Shown here one piece after another: positions 34,545-44,934 of a stretch of DNA of 64,000 nt (position 1 is the stretch's first letter; every line of letters starts with the position of its first letter). The notes beneath the pieces are model-generated. The model did no database searches, had not been told where the DNA came from, and worked only from the letters and a program-made list of their open reading frames with translations. Source of the stretch: Schizochytrium sp. TIO01 (taxonomy: Eukaryota > Protista > Bigyra: Labyrinthulomycetes); assembly GCA_004764695.1 (NCBI GenBank), contig SMSO01000032.1, positions 5,550,483 to 5,614,482 on the forward strand. Reading direction: 5' to 3'. A program made the translations under genes and the position numbers.

Positions 34545-37500
34545 GGTAACGCGCCACCGCTAATACTTGCCAACAGACCCTACGAGCGACAATCCGCGCA
34601 CGAGCGCAGACGAGTCTCGACAGGCCAAGACAATTCGCTGACCAAGTTTTGCTCACGAGGCCTTTGCGATTCTGTCTGGCCAGAAACGTCGAAGTGGACT
34701 TTGAACTTGGACTCAATTGGGGAGAAGAATTAAGTCCGCATTACAATTCATTTATTGATTACTAAGAGTTTAATGTAACTCTCAATACTTACCTAGCTAG
34801 GCAATTGTGCACTTCGACACCCAGCTCATTCAATAGGTGGCCGGCCTTAAGGGGTAATGTGTGCACAGGAGCGCCGTTTCTTGCGCGATGATTATGACAA
34901 TAGTCTTGGCAAGGGTGGGAGCCAGAAGAGTTTGCAGAAGCCAAGGTCGTTGAATCTTTTCATGGTAAGTTTTCACGTGCACAGAGTTGCTATTGTTGCA
35001 GTAGTAAAAATATAACTTTGGGTAGAACAAGCGTACGTCTAGTAGGAGGATCCAATGTCAAACTGATGTGGAGAACCCTTTGACTTTTGTTCCGCAAAAA
35101 CTGAATATTTACTTTCTAGTCGTATCTTTGACTTGGAGCAGAATGAGGAATCGCTGATGCAAAAAGCCGTGGAGATAACCTAGTTTGGTGACGTGTCTTG
35201 AATAAACAGACTTCAGAGCTCCTTTCCCCCCTCGAGTGACGCAAAAAGCTATAGGCTGCAGTGTACGAATCTTGAGTGTGCACTACACTGTACTGCTATC
35301 AGCCTTTCTTCCTTTCATTTAGTAGGTACCTTCTTGAGCGAACGGAGACCAACAGACTCCGAATGGGTCCGACGCATCTGCACCAAATCTTGAGCTGAAA
35401 GTCTTCGCCTGAAAACTTTCACCCTCCAGCAGGACAAACACCGCTAATCCCCATTAGTTGTGGTGATTATGGAAACTGAAAGGCACGTGCCTAATTTGAA
35501 GTAAAATTGGCAGAATTGCACTCTTAGTAGTACAGAGACACCCCGGTCAGTATTACGCTTCCTTCGGAATCACATTGACAAGACATTCCTTGAGATGCTA
35601 GTTCATCGTTGTGAGGCGTCAGGGACTTGAACATCAGCAACCAGCTGAGGAGTTGACATGAAAGATTCGCCATACTCTTTGGGAATGTGAAAAAGACAAG
35701 TCTTAATTGGTGTTTGAGGATGAACAGATCGTGCCTGTCTTAATTTACAAAATGCATTGTGGACCTATTCGCTCTCCAAAGTCAACAGGATGAAAACTCT
35801 CTCAATATATTACAATGCCTTTACATGTCTTTTGTAAGCCTTCAAGCATTCTGCTTTGTTTTGCTATCGTTGCTGAGGTCTCCAATCGAGAGAACTATTG
35901 GACAAGACATTGCCAGACTTCTTGGCGTCCTTTTGTAAAGACCTCATGGGCATAGGGTTTACAATAGAGCAGAGCTAGACAACTAGGCTTGCGCAGTTTT
36001 TGAGAAGCCAAAACCACAAAGTATGACTACCCATTTCCTACTAACAAGTATGATGCAACTTGAATTGATGGTTGAAGAGGTTGACTTAATCTAGTCCCGT
36101 CAAGTACATCTAACACAGTTCAAGAATGTATTCGCCTCTTGATTGCTACATGAATCAGTCTGTCATGAGATTCATACCCAGGATAGCAGTTCGCTAACTC
36201 TTCAAATCAACCTTCTTGAAAGCCTTCGTCAAGACTCTTGCCTTCATCTTCATAGTCAACCTCCAGATCACATTTTTTTCAGCAATCAAGCCTCTATATC
36301 TCAGATTGCCACTCTCAACATCTTTGGAGGCTCGACAAATGCAGTTTCATCAAAGAAATGCTACCAATCAATGTTCGAATTCTGAACTTCGTAATCACAT
36401 GTGTTTTAATGGATTTTTTTTTTAAATTTATCTTTTTTTAAGGCAATCAAGTAGACAGTAGAATCGTTCAAGTTTTATTTCAAAAATCAATTCTGTTAAT
36501 CTCTCGTCGAGTACTACTAACAAGTGCGACAGACGAACAATTTTGACTGTCGCTCGTGACACGAACGCATATTGTATGCTCTACTTTGGATAAATGAAAG
36601 ACAGCAACTCGTGTTGCCAACTTTTACGCTGAACCTCTTTCAACAAACCCTGACGCTCTCCACAACAACACGTTATCTCACTCTTTCAAACAAACTCTGT
36701 ACAAACTGAAGCACACCAACCAGAGCGAACAAAGGATAGTACCTACTGAATGAAGTGTATTCATATTCACTGTTCCTTTTGGAAAGTAGAAATCTGCCAC
36801 AATAGGATCATCAACGAATAGGAAGTACCGTTTCCAAATCATAATTGCATAACAGCAAGTTCGTTGTACCAGCATCACAATTGTTGCCTTAGCTTGTACT
36901 ATAAATCGCTACTACACAAATGCCAGCGGACCTTTGCAAATTCAGCATCTCTTTGAATCCAGTTTACCCTTCTTCATTGGTACAAACACTATCTCGTTTC
37001 CCCCTCTGGCTTCAGCCGATAGCTGATGCTGACCTGCACTTGAATCCCCAGAATAAAAGTACCCAATAGCTTTGTGCGGGTAGTACAGGCCAAGCTTGAA
37101 GTCGAAAACTACACCTCAAAGTTTGAAATGCGCGGCGAATTCAACACGCTTTCCACTACTTTTTTTCAATAAGAAAGCTTGTCAGCCACATCGGCGTTTA
37201 CTTTAAGCTTCGATAGAGAATGGCAGAGGCCTCAAGCTGGATCGTGTCTCCATCCACTCTCGAGTCTATCTCGTTAAAGAAGTATACCACCTCCTAGTAG
37301 TACGTACAATTGCGATACGATAGGGGAACCCGCACGCTTGCCCCGGCGGACAGAGCCTCTGCTGAGGAATCTCGATTGTTTGACCGTGTTTCGGAGTGAT
37401 TCTAAGCAACGTCAGTGGGAGCTGAGAACATCTCGCAGCTTGAACGACGGCCTGCTCGGGGTTTTCTAGCTGGATTGTGACATTTTGCTTGTAGGACTAT

Positions 37501-37764
37501 TTGTATATGGAGTGAACCACTATCCTGGTCTGCCACGGTCCTCAACCCGCCCTCTGACCCTCCCAGGTCCTTTGAGGTGAGGCAGCTATGGGTTACTGTA
37601 GGAGTAGAAAGGGACCCCGTCAACGATGATATTGTATGAGAACTTCGTGATCATGATGGAGCTAAGCACGGGAGAGCTCGTGCAAAACAGTAATAAATAA
37701 ATAACAAGGAGAGGATAACTAGCAAAACAGTAGGTACAGCAGCAGATCGAATATCAGTAAGGAA

Positions 37765-39300
37765 ATGGCAACTGCAGATAGCAAACCCGAATCGTTAGAA
37801 AAAGCACAACCTGGGAAAGTTAAAAGCACAGGTCAGCGTGTAACAAGCCTTGAGCAGCAGAAGCAGAACCAAAACTCAGCCCAGGAGCAAAACCAGAACC
37901 ATAACAGGCGAGATCCAGGAGAAGCTTGGAAAGATACAAAAACGGGAAAGCAACTGCGTTCAAGACGTGGTAGCAATTCTTTGAAGCACGTTTTGCGTAA
38001 CTTTTGCATTGTAGTCGCATTCGCTGTTATCGTTGCAGGTATAATCAAATACTGCAAAGGAGACCAGGAGTTTGCGTGGGATAACTTCGTAGTGACTAGT
38101 CGTATTGTAGCGGGAGATCTTGTAGGCTTTGCAGGATTTCCACGAGCAAACCAAACGAAGATGCGGGTTGTTGTTGTGGGAGGAGGATATGCAGGAATTG
38201 CAGCTTGCCGAGATCTAGAGGCTGTTGGAGTTGATGTAACTCTAGTGGAGAGAAATGAGAACTTTTTTCACAAGATTGGCGGTGCTCGTGCGTCAGTGCA
38301 AGCTGGGTTCGAGGAAGATTGTGTCATTCCCTATGTCAGTTTGCTTGAACGAGCTGACTCCCGTGTGGTGCGGGGCGAAGCAATTGGTATCGACACTGAA
38401 GCCTCAAAGGTCCAGATCAAGCGTTTTGACGGCAAAATCATCGACATTCCTTATGATGCACTCGTCCTTGCCATGGGCATGGTCCATGGATATGGGCAAC
38501 TGCCTGATCGCGCCATGTCTCGCGCAGAGATGGTAGAGTACCTGCGTAGTGAGCAAGTTCGCGTTCAAAACGCCAAGGAGGTTGTTGTTGTAGGCGGAGG
38601 AGCACTTGGTGTTGAGACTGCAACACAGATCCGTGAGACTTTTCCTGACAAGACTGTTCATTTATATCACTCCCGGGGGAAACTGATGAGCTCCACCATT
38701 CCTCCCATTTCAAACGAATTTGTTAAAGTTCTAGAGGAAAAACTCTTGCCGTTCCAAATCGAGCTGCACATGAATGCAGGTCGTCTCAGTGAAAAGGAAC
38801 TACAGGAACGTCACCCTGGAGCTCTTGTGATCTCCACTGTTGGTTGTTTGCCAAATAAATCTTCGGCTCAATTTGTGCCCAAAGAATGGACAAACCCAAA
38901 GACGGGAGAAATACTTGTAGAGCCTACACTTCGTGTAAAAGAGGGGCCCTTTAATGTGTATGCAATGGGTGATATTGCAGCAACAGGTGACTACAAACAG
39001 GCACGCTGGGCATTTCAGCACGCCAAAGTCTTGGCTAAGAATATCAAGGGTGGACAAGAGGAGTACCATCCAGTGACAACAAACCCATGGTGGGCTTATC
39101 CGCTTTCTTTCATTGGATTTTATTTTGTTAGAGCGCGTGTTCAGTCGGCAGCAGTGATTGGCCTGTACCTTGGCTCAACAGATGGTCTTACCCAGTTTTT
39201 TGGCATTCTCTTCAATGATCGTTTTGCTGCAAAGAAACTGAAAAAGGACAAAATGGTCGGCCACGCACGTCACTGGCTGCGTCTTGGATCTCATATGTAA
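37765..39300 (+). CDS. AIFM2/AMID/FSP1-like FAD/NAD(P)H oxidoreductase (pyridine nucleotide-disulphide family) with N-terminal transmembrane helix (511 aa)
   Basis: FAD motif VVVVGGGYAG; FFHKIGGARASV (AIFM2-type); YDALVLAMG; NAD motif VVVVGGGALGVE; VYAMGDIA. Hydrophobic helix FCIVVAFAVIVAGII. Confidence 0.88.
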   Translation: MATADSKPESLEKAQPGKVKSTGQRVTSLEQQKQNQNSAQEQNQNHNRRDPGEAWKDTKTGKQLRSRRGSNSLKHVLRNFCIVVAFAVIVAGIIKYCKGDQEFAWDNFVVTSRIVAGDLVGFAGFPRANQTKMRVVVVGGGYAGIAACRDLEAVGVDVTLVERNENFFHKIGGARASVQAGFEEDCVIPYVSLLERADSRVVRGEAIGIDTEASKVQIKRFDGKIIDIPYDALVLAMGMVHGYGQLPDRAMSRAEMVEYLRSEQVRVQNAKEVVVVGGGALGVETATQIRETFPDKTVHLYHSRGKLMSSTIPPISNEFVKVLEEKLLPFQIELHMNAGRLSEKELQERHPGALVISTVGCLPNKSSAQFVPKEWTNPKTGEILVEPTLRVKEGPFNVYAMGDIAATGDYKQARWAFQHAKVLAKNIKGGQEEYHPVTTNPWWAYPLSFIGFYFVRARVQSAAVIGLYLGSTDGLTQFFGILFNDRFAAKKLKKDKMVGHARHWLRLGSHM

Positions 39301-39748
39301 TGAGCGTTGCAACTATTGTACATCTCAGCTATGGTTTTTACTGATCCTGAAACTTTGAACCAATACAACTAATCATATTTGATAGTACATTTATTTGTTT
39401 TCGATCTCTTTGCAATATCAATATTGTCACAAATATCATATTTTGGTCTATTTTTGCATCATATACATACACCAAAGCAAATAAAAAAAATGAGGTTAAG
39501 CTTTCATTAACATGTAAAGTATCTTTTTAATGAGCTAACACAAAGTTCAATAATAATATAATCACTTGCTATGCTTTTTCCATGCGTTGATTCGATTATT
39601 AGAGAATAAATCAGGACACAAAAAACAACACTTTATGGAAGTTTCCATTGTGTAAAAGGATAATGGTCTTTCTGAGAACTGAAAGTGTGATCGTCACAAT
39701 TTAGGAATTTCAAATTCACAATACCATTGGCTAATTTCTTACAACACT

Positions 39749-42700
39749 TTAACGGCGCTTAACCTTTTCGTCAGCTGAGGAGTTCTCGGAATCGCTATCA
39801 TCATCAAGTACTCCACTGTCATCGTAGAGCTCATTCGAAGTTCTCCGCGAGCTAGCATATTCAGAGTCATCTTCATCATCGCCATCTTCATCAGACTCAA
39901 CAACAGTTCCTGCGCCTGAAGTCCTGGGTGATCCTGTACTAAATGACACGTCGTCGTCGTCGTCGTCGTTATAGTCATCGTCATCATTATCATCACCGTC
40001 ATCGCCATTACCAGGGGTATCAGCATTCTTTCGAGTTGAGTCCAGTTGGTTACGTTCAATAATTTCTGAGCCTGAATCGGAGCCCGAGTCACTTTCACCT
40101 GATCTGTTGGATTCGCTCTCCTCGTCATTATGCTCACCAATACTTTGGTGGTCCTCCTGAGTGAGGTGGACCTTGTCATCGTACTCCTGTAAAAGGCGCT
40201 CCGCATCTTCATAGGAAGGTACTGTTTTCCCTGGATAGGTCTTTTCTAAATCTCTAACTAGGTCATCCTCACGTCTATCATATTTTAGCAAGATTCGATC
40301 CAATTTTGCAATTTTTTCTGGGTTGTGTAGCATGTAAAATGCTTCGATGCGTGTACGAACCTCCTCAGCTCTTTCGTCCCTACTACTCGCGTCTTCATCA
40401 GAGTAGTCGCTTTCGTCATCTTCTCCTGCAGAAGTATCTCTTGGACTCTCAGAAGTATCTCTTGGACTCTCGGAAGTATCTCTTGGACTCTCAGAAGTAT
40501 CCCTTGGACTTTCTTCCTCTCCTCTCAGTTGATTACTTTGTGAGTTTACATGAGATATTGCAGATCTAGGTGCTACGGAACCATTAGGACCTGCGTCGAC
40601 GATGGCACTTGCCGTAGATCCATCCATCGACTGAGAAAGTGCAAGTGAGCCAGATGTCTCTAAATCTGCAGGTCTAAACGACCCAAGCGTAGATGTTAAA
40701 TTGATAGTTTGGTGCGTAGCGGCGCGAAGATGGGCGAGCCAGTCTGGTAATGACACAGATGAGTTTCGTGACAGTTGTATGAATACGCGTTGTTCAGGTA
40801 AAAAAATTGAATACTGATGCTTATGATCAGGTCGCTCAATCAGCTCTACAGATGTACTTTCCGAAGTGAGGTAATACTCTTGCAACGTTTTGTGTGTGTC
40901 ATGGTCATCGCGGAATATTTCTAGGGTTGACATTCCGTTTGGGTTTCGCTTTAATCTGCACCAACGGCGACGAAAAGGTAAATCACTAAGGCGCAGTTTC
41001 CGGCCTCTCAAATGCTGAGGCCAAACAGCAAAACGTAACCAGTCTCCTAACCCGTTTTCCTCACGCAAAGACGAAGCAATGCTGTATTCTTTACGCTTCT
41101 CCTCTTGGATCTTGTTCAGAAGCACGTCCCAAGATGGAGCAATCTTGGGTATTTGGACTGGTACTCGGAAGGTTGCTTGATGTTCATGAAGGGTGGAAAT
41201 CCAACCTACAAAACTTTCAAATGATAAATTTGAGCGTGAGCCCATGATCTGAGCGACAAAAGACTCTACAAGGGGCAAAATAGTAAGAATTGGAAGAACG
41301 TCATCTTCTGAAGGAACAGTGTGGCCATCAAATTGTTTGGCTAGTTTCTTCCACAAAATATTTTCACGACCCTTGTATTTCTCTTGAATTGCATCTAGTC
41401 GAGTTAAACGCTCCGGCGAATGGGTCAAGTAAAATGCTTCAAGCCTCAACCTAGGCACTAACGGTTCAAATTTCTCCAGAGCTTGCTCCCCTTCTTGCGT
41501 ATTTAATGCGTGCATGGTCCGGCGCAGCGCAGGTGTGTGCCGCAAGACACACCTTAAATCATCTGCACTTGGACCTTCAGGGTGATCATGAAGGTTGTGC
41601 AAATGGTACAACACTGCAAGACGGTCAATTGCATCAGAGCTTCGTAACAAAGCTAAAGCTTCGTGTAAATGCTCGGACTCATCCCCTACCAAGTCAGCAA
41701 GCCTAGCCATGAGCAATGGGTTTCGACTTTCATCCTTGTCCTCGTTGCCTAGAACATCCACAAGAATTTCATAGGTCGCCTCGCCTGATATTGCACGAAG
41801 GTGTGAAAGCTCATGCTGAGTAAAAAGAGTCAGTGGCAACTTTGCTACAGATAGTCCAGTAGACTGCGTCCCGCCAGAATGAAGTGAATCCTCCTCGTCA
41901 TCATCGATTTCATCCTTTGGTATTATGATTTTCTTATTCTTTGAGTTAGCTTGCTTGTCTTCATGCTTAAGAGTCTCGTCTTCGTGCTGAAGACCACGAA
42001 GTCGGATTAGGCTTCCTGATCCAAACTTTCCAACGGCTTTGCCAGCCCTTTTTGCTAACTTCATCGGAGTAGCCTTGCGGAGAGCACGAAATGATCCAAT
42101 TCGATTTGACGTTACAGACGTTGTGTTTGAGGCACCTTCGCTAGCACCGCTCATCCTATCTTCATCAAGTCCCGCTTCTCGTTCGTTCTCTTTTCTATCC
42201 TTGACTTTGTCACCATCGCTAGTTTTCGACACTACGTTACCTGGCCGACGACTCCGCTTGCGACGATCTGCCTCTGGAAGCTCATCTTTGTTCACCATAC
42301 CCTTCGTGTGCAAGAGGTCGGCATCTTTCTCATCCTCTTCATCCTCTTCCTCATCCTCTTCATCACTTCTCCTCATATGAGAAGGATTTGATTTAGAATT
42401 TTCAGCCTCTGCTCTCCGGCTACGCCCCCACAAAAAGCTGCCCCCCCGACGAAAAAAGCTGCCTCGCGAACTTTTAGAGGCTTGACTAGCACCGCCAATA
42501 GATGAGACTTCGTCGCTTGCGCGGGAGGCTGCTGATGACTTTGACAACCGCCTCATCATTCGAAATGGGTTACGGCTCGAAACCGACCGGCGCCCCCCTC
42601 CTTGCGAGCTAACACCAGACATAACGCTACTATCATCATCCTGTGGAGCACGTTCTTTGCTGATGTTTGACGATGATCTCCGTAGCATACGAGAAAACGT

Positions 42701-43174
42701 TCGGGACTTCTTGCTTTTTGATGTTGAGGCTGGCGGCTTAGCAGCAAGTTTGCTATTAGCCAATTTTGATTCTGGTGTTCGTGGTGGGAGATCAGGTGGC
42801 GGGCTTGCTGACTCTACATCAGAGGCATCCTCGTAGCCCTCCTCTTCCTCGTCAGAAACACCATCATCATCATCATCATCATCATAATCATCATTGGCTT
42901 CGGCATCCTCGCCGTCCTCATCGCTCTGGCTCCCGACATCGGGTCCACTAACCAGAACGTTGTTGCGTTTCTGCTTGTTCTTGTTCTTGAGCTTGCTTCT
43001 CATTTTCTGTGTCCACTGTCGCGTCTTATCCTTCTTCGCTACGCTGTCACCATCTTTGTCTCCACTCGCCGTGTCAGCTTTGGCCTTGCTCCACATCGTC
43101 CCACGTTTCGCCTGGGCATCACTCCCGCCGCTCTTACTCGATCCATACGAGAGCGTCCTTATCCTCGAAAGCAT
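39749..43174 (-). CDS. 1141-aa protein with PH domain, EF-hand-like region, two 'FY..H.PE' helical repeats and acidic tails
   Basis: Long uninterrupted ORF. PH-like GDWLRF...FRRRWCRL...LEIF...DWLAHLRAA. Repeats RLEAFYLTHSPERL..KYKGRE and RIEAFYMLHNPEKI..KYDRRE. Confidence 0.88.
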   Translation of the reverse strand: MLSRIRTLSYGSSKSGGSDAQAKRGTMWSKAKADTASGDKDGDSVAKKDKTRQWTQKMRSKLKNKNKQKRNNVLVSGPDVGSQSDEDGEDAEANDDYDDDDDDDGVSDEEEEGYEDASDVESASPPPDLPPRTPESKLANSKLAAKPPASTSKSKKSRTFSRMLRRSSSNISKERAPQDDDSSVMSGVSSQGGGRRSVSSRNPFRMMRRLSKSSAASRASDEVSSIGGASQASKSSRGSFFRRGGSFLWGRSRRAEAENSKSNPSHMRRSDEEDEEEDEEDEKDADLLHTKGMVNKDELPEADRRKRSRRPGNVVSKTSDGDKVKDRKENEREAGLDEDRMSGASEGASNTTSVTSNRIGSFRALRKATPMKLAKRAGKAVGKFGSGSLIRLRGLQHEDETLKHEDKQANSKNKKIIIPKDEIDDDEEDSLHSGGTQSTGLSVAKLPLTLFTQHELSHLRAISGEATYEILVDVLGNEDKDESRNPLLMARLADLVGDESEHLHEALALLRSSDAIDRLAVLYHLHNLHDHPEGPSADDLRCVLRHTPALRRTMHALNTQEGEQALEKFEPLVPRLRLEAFYLTHSPERLTRLDAIQEKYKGRENILWKKLAKQFDGHTVPSEDDVLPILTILPLVESFVAQIMGSRSNLSFESFVGWISTLHEHQATFRVPVQIPKIAPSWDVLLNKIQEEKRKEYSIASSLREENGLGDWLRFAVWPQHLRGRKLRLSDLPFRRRWCRLKRNPNGMSTLEIFRDDHDTHKTLQEYYLTSESTSVELIERPDHKHQYSIFLPEQRVFIQLSRNSSVSLPDWLAHLRAATHQTINLTSTLGSFRPADLETSGSLALSQSMDGSTASAIVDAGPNGSVAPRSAISHVNSQSNQLRGEEESPRDTSESPRDTSESPRDTSESPRDTSAGEDDESDYSDEDASSRDERAEEVRTRIEAFYMLHNPEKIAKLDRILLKYDRREDDLVRDLEKTYPGKTVPSYEDAERLLQEYDDKVHLTQEDHQSIGEHNDEESESNRSGESDSGSDSGSEIIERNQLDSTRKNADTPGNGDDGDDNDDDDYNDDDDDDVSFSTGSPRTSGAGTVVESDEDGDDEDDSEYASSRRTSNELYDDSGVLDDDSDSENSSADEKVKRR
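40430..40513. repeat. In-frame 21-bp coding minisatellite (ESPRDTS x4)
   Basis: GAAGTATCTCTTGGACTCTCA units, near-identical. Confidence 0.92.
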
Positions 43175-44181
43175 CCCTTCTCCACTCCAACTGAATCACC
43201 AACTTCGCGATCTCCTGCTCTCGCAAGCCACCCGCCTGCTAGCCCGGTTGCTTAACAGCTTCGAGCAACCCTTTGCTCTGTTGTTGGCCTCTAGCGTCTC
43301 CAATCCCTTGGTCTTTGCCAACTTTTGCTCTTTTGGGCTAGAAGACCGTTGAGACATAGAACTCCACATCGCTCCCGGTTCCCTTAGTTGCAATAGGGAG
43401 GCTTACTTGTTTTTCCTAGTAGCACTTCGAAACAGAACCCACTGAAGGACACGCCGTGTCTGGGATTGAGGCAGCCAAGTAAGAATGGTGTCGCGAGTTT
43501 GTGTAGGCGGGCGATCAAGAAAGGATCGGGCTGGCTGATAGAGACCAAGACAAATGCCTTTGACAGAAGGTGTGTGTTCCTTGGGGTTTTTGCTTGGGGC
43601 TGTCTGATGTTGCAAGATCACGATGCAGGCGAACCAGCTCACGGAGGACGCGAAGCTAAAAGCTGAGCTCAACAGCAAGCTCAAATGCTAAAAACCACAG
43701 GGGAACTGAGCTGGCTATGCTGTAGCAGGTGTCTACGGATGATAGTCGTCATGGGGTTTTGCTGCATTATCAGGATAGAAGCATCAGGCGGTGTTAACAG
43801 CAAACATTAGCATGCATGTAGATCGCACTGCACTGTAGGTATTTTGCGCATAGCACGGCATCTGTATTGCGTAATGGAACACCATTGCCTTGGTTATGAT
43901 ATGGAAAGCTGCTAGCAAGAGCAGCCTAAAAAGGAGAAAAGACATTTGGAGTATAAAGTCCACTAGAATACAGAGGCCGCTAAAGAGCTTGCTAGCTATA
44001 GAGATAGAATTGATCTTGCTATGCATTTAATTGTCGAAATGCTCCTTATGGGGCACAATGCCAGTTTTTTCCTTTGACGGTAGCCTGGTAAAAAATGTAT
44101 ATCCTTTAGTAATAGCTCCTCATAGAAAATCACACTTTCATTTCTGACATTCGCAGGCAATAGTTCAAGTTTGGTCCATAC

Positions 44182-44454
44182 CTAGGCCACCTCTGAAACC
44201 TCTGGTGCTCTCATCTTCATACACAAGTGTCTCTTAGTGAACACATCCTTCCAAGAATCGCTCTGAATGCCAATCTTACGAATTGCAGCAATGAGATAAA
44301 TAAGTCACCATCGGGCAACCTCTAATTTCGCAAGAAACGGATCAAGCTTTATTTAGGCTACCTCTGAAGCTCCTGGCGCTCCCATCTTCAGACTCGGGCG
44401 CCTCTTTGCCACCAAAATCTTCTCAAAATCACTCTCAATGTTCGTCTTTCTGAA
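44182..44454. repeat. Diverged direct repeat, two ~100-bp copies with ~171-bp period
   Basis: taggccacctctgaaacctctggtgctctcatcttca...aatcgctctgaatg versus taggctacctctgaagctcctggcgctcccatcttca...aatcactctcaatg. Confidence 0.75.
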
Positions 44455-44934
44455 GAAAAGATCTTGAACCACATGGAAAACAAAACTCTCCATGCAATAA
44501 TCACTATGCAAACGTCAAACGCTGATATACACGAGCATAAATGTGAGTCTGATCCAAGACTTAACCACCGTTGAGCTGTTCGTTGCTCTCAAATTTATCT
44601 CTTGCTGAAGGCTCTCGCATTCCAGTTTGCTCTCCAATTGGGTGGAGTCGCTCTCACACTCCTCCTAACATACTCTTAGCACATGATCTAACTAACTCAA
44701 GTTCATCAACACACGCAAACTCGCCAACCGATAGGTCTTCTTTAGTGCTGTCTATCCGAACAAACGCAGTTCCATTTGGGGGGCTGCTTGTTTCTTGACT
44801 TAGTCTAGGGGAGCTTGAGGACGTCCGACTTCGATGACTGGCGTTTGGGGCTCCGGGACAGATTGACTCAACAGGATAGACCAAATCTTCATTCTCAGCA
44901 TTCTCAAAGTCGAAATCCTGAGGTAGTTCTCGCA

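Noticed and set aside
34785-34830. ATACTTACCTAG resembling the U1 snRNA 5' end
   Set aside because: No U1 stem-loops or Sm site follow at correct spacing. Better explained as the reverse complement of a splice donor (AG|GTAAGTAT), perhaps a 5' UTR intron of the LIM gene.
1375-35358. Shared GAGCGAA..GACCAACAGACT at 1375-1395 and 35336-35358
   Set aside because: The match is short, gapped and does not extend; compatible with chance
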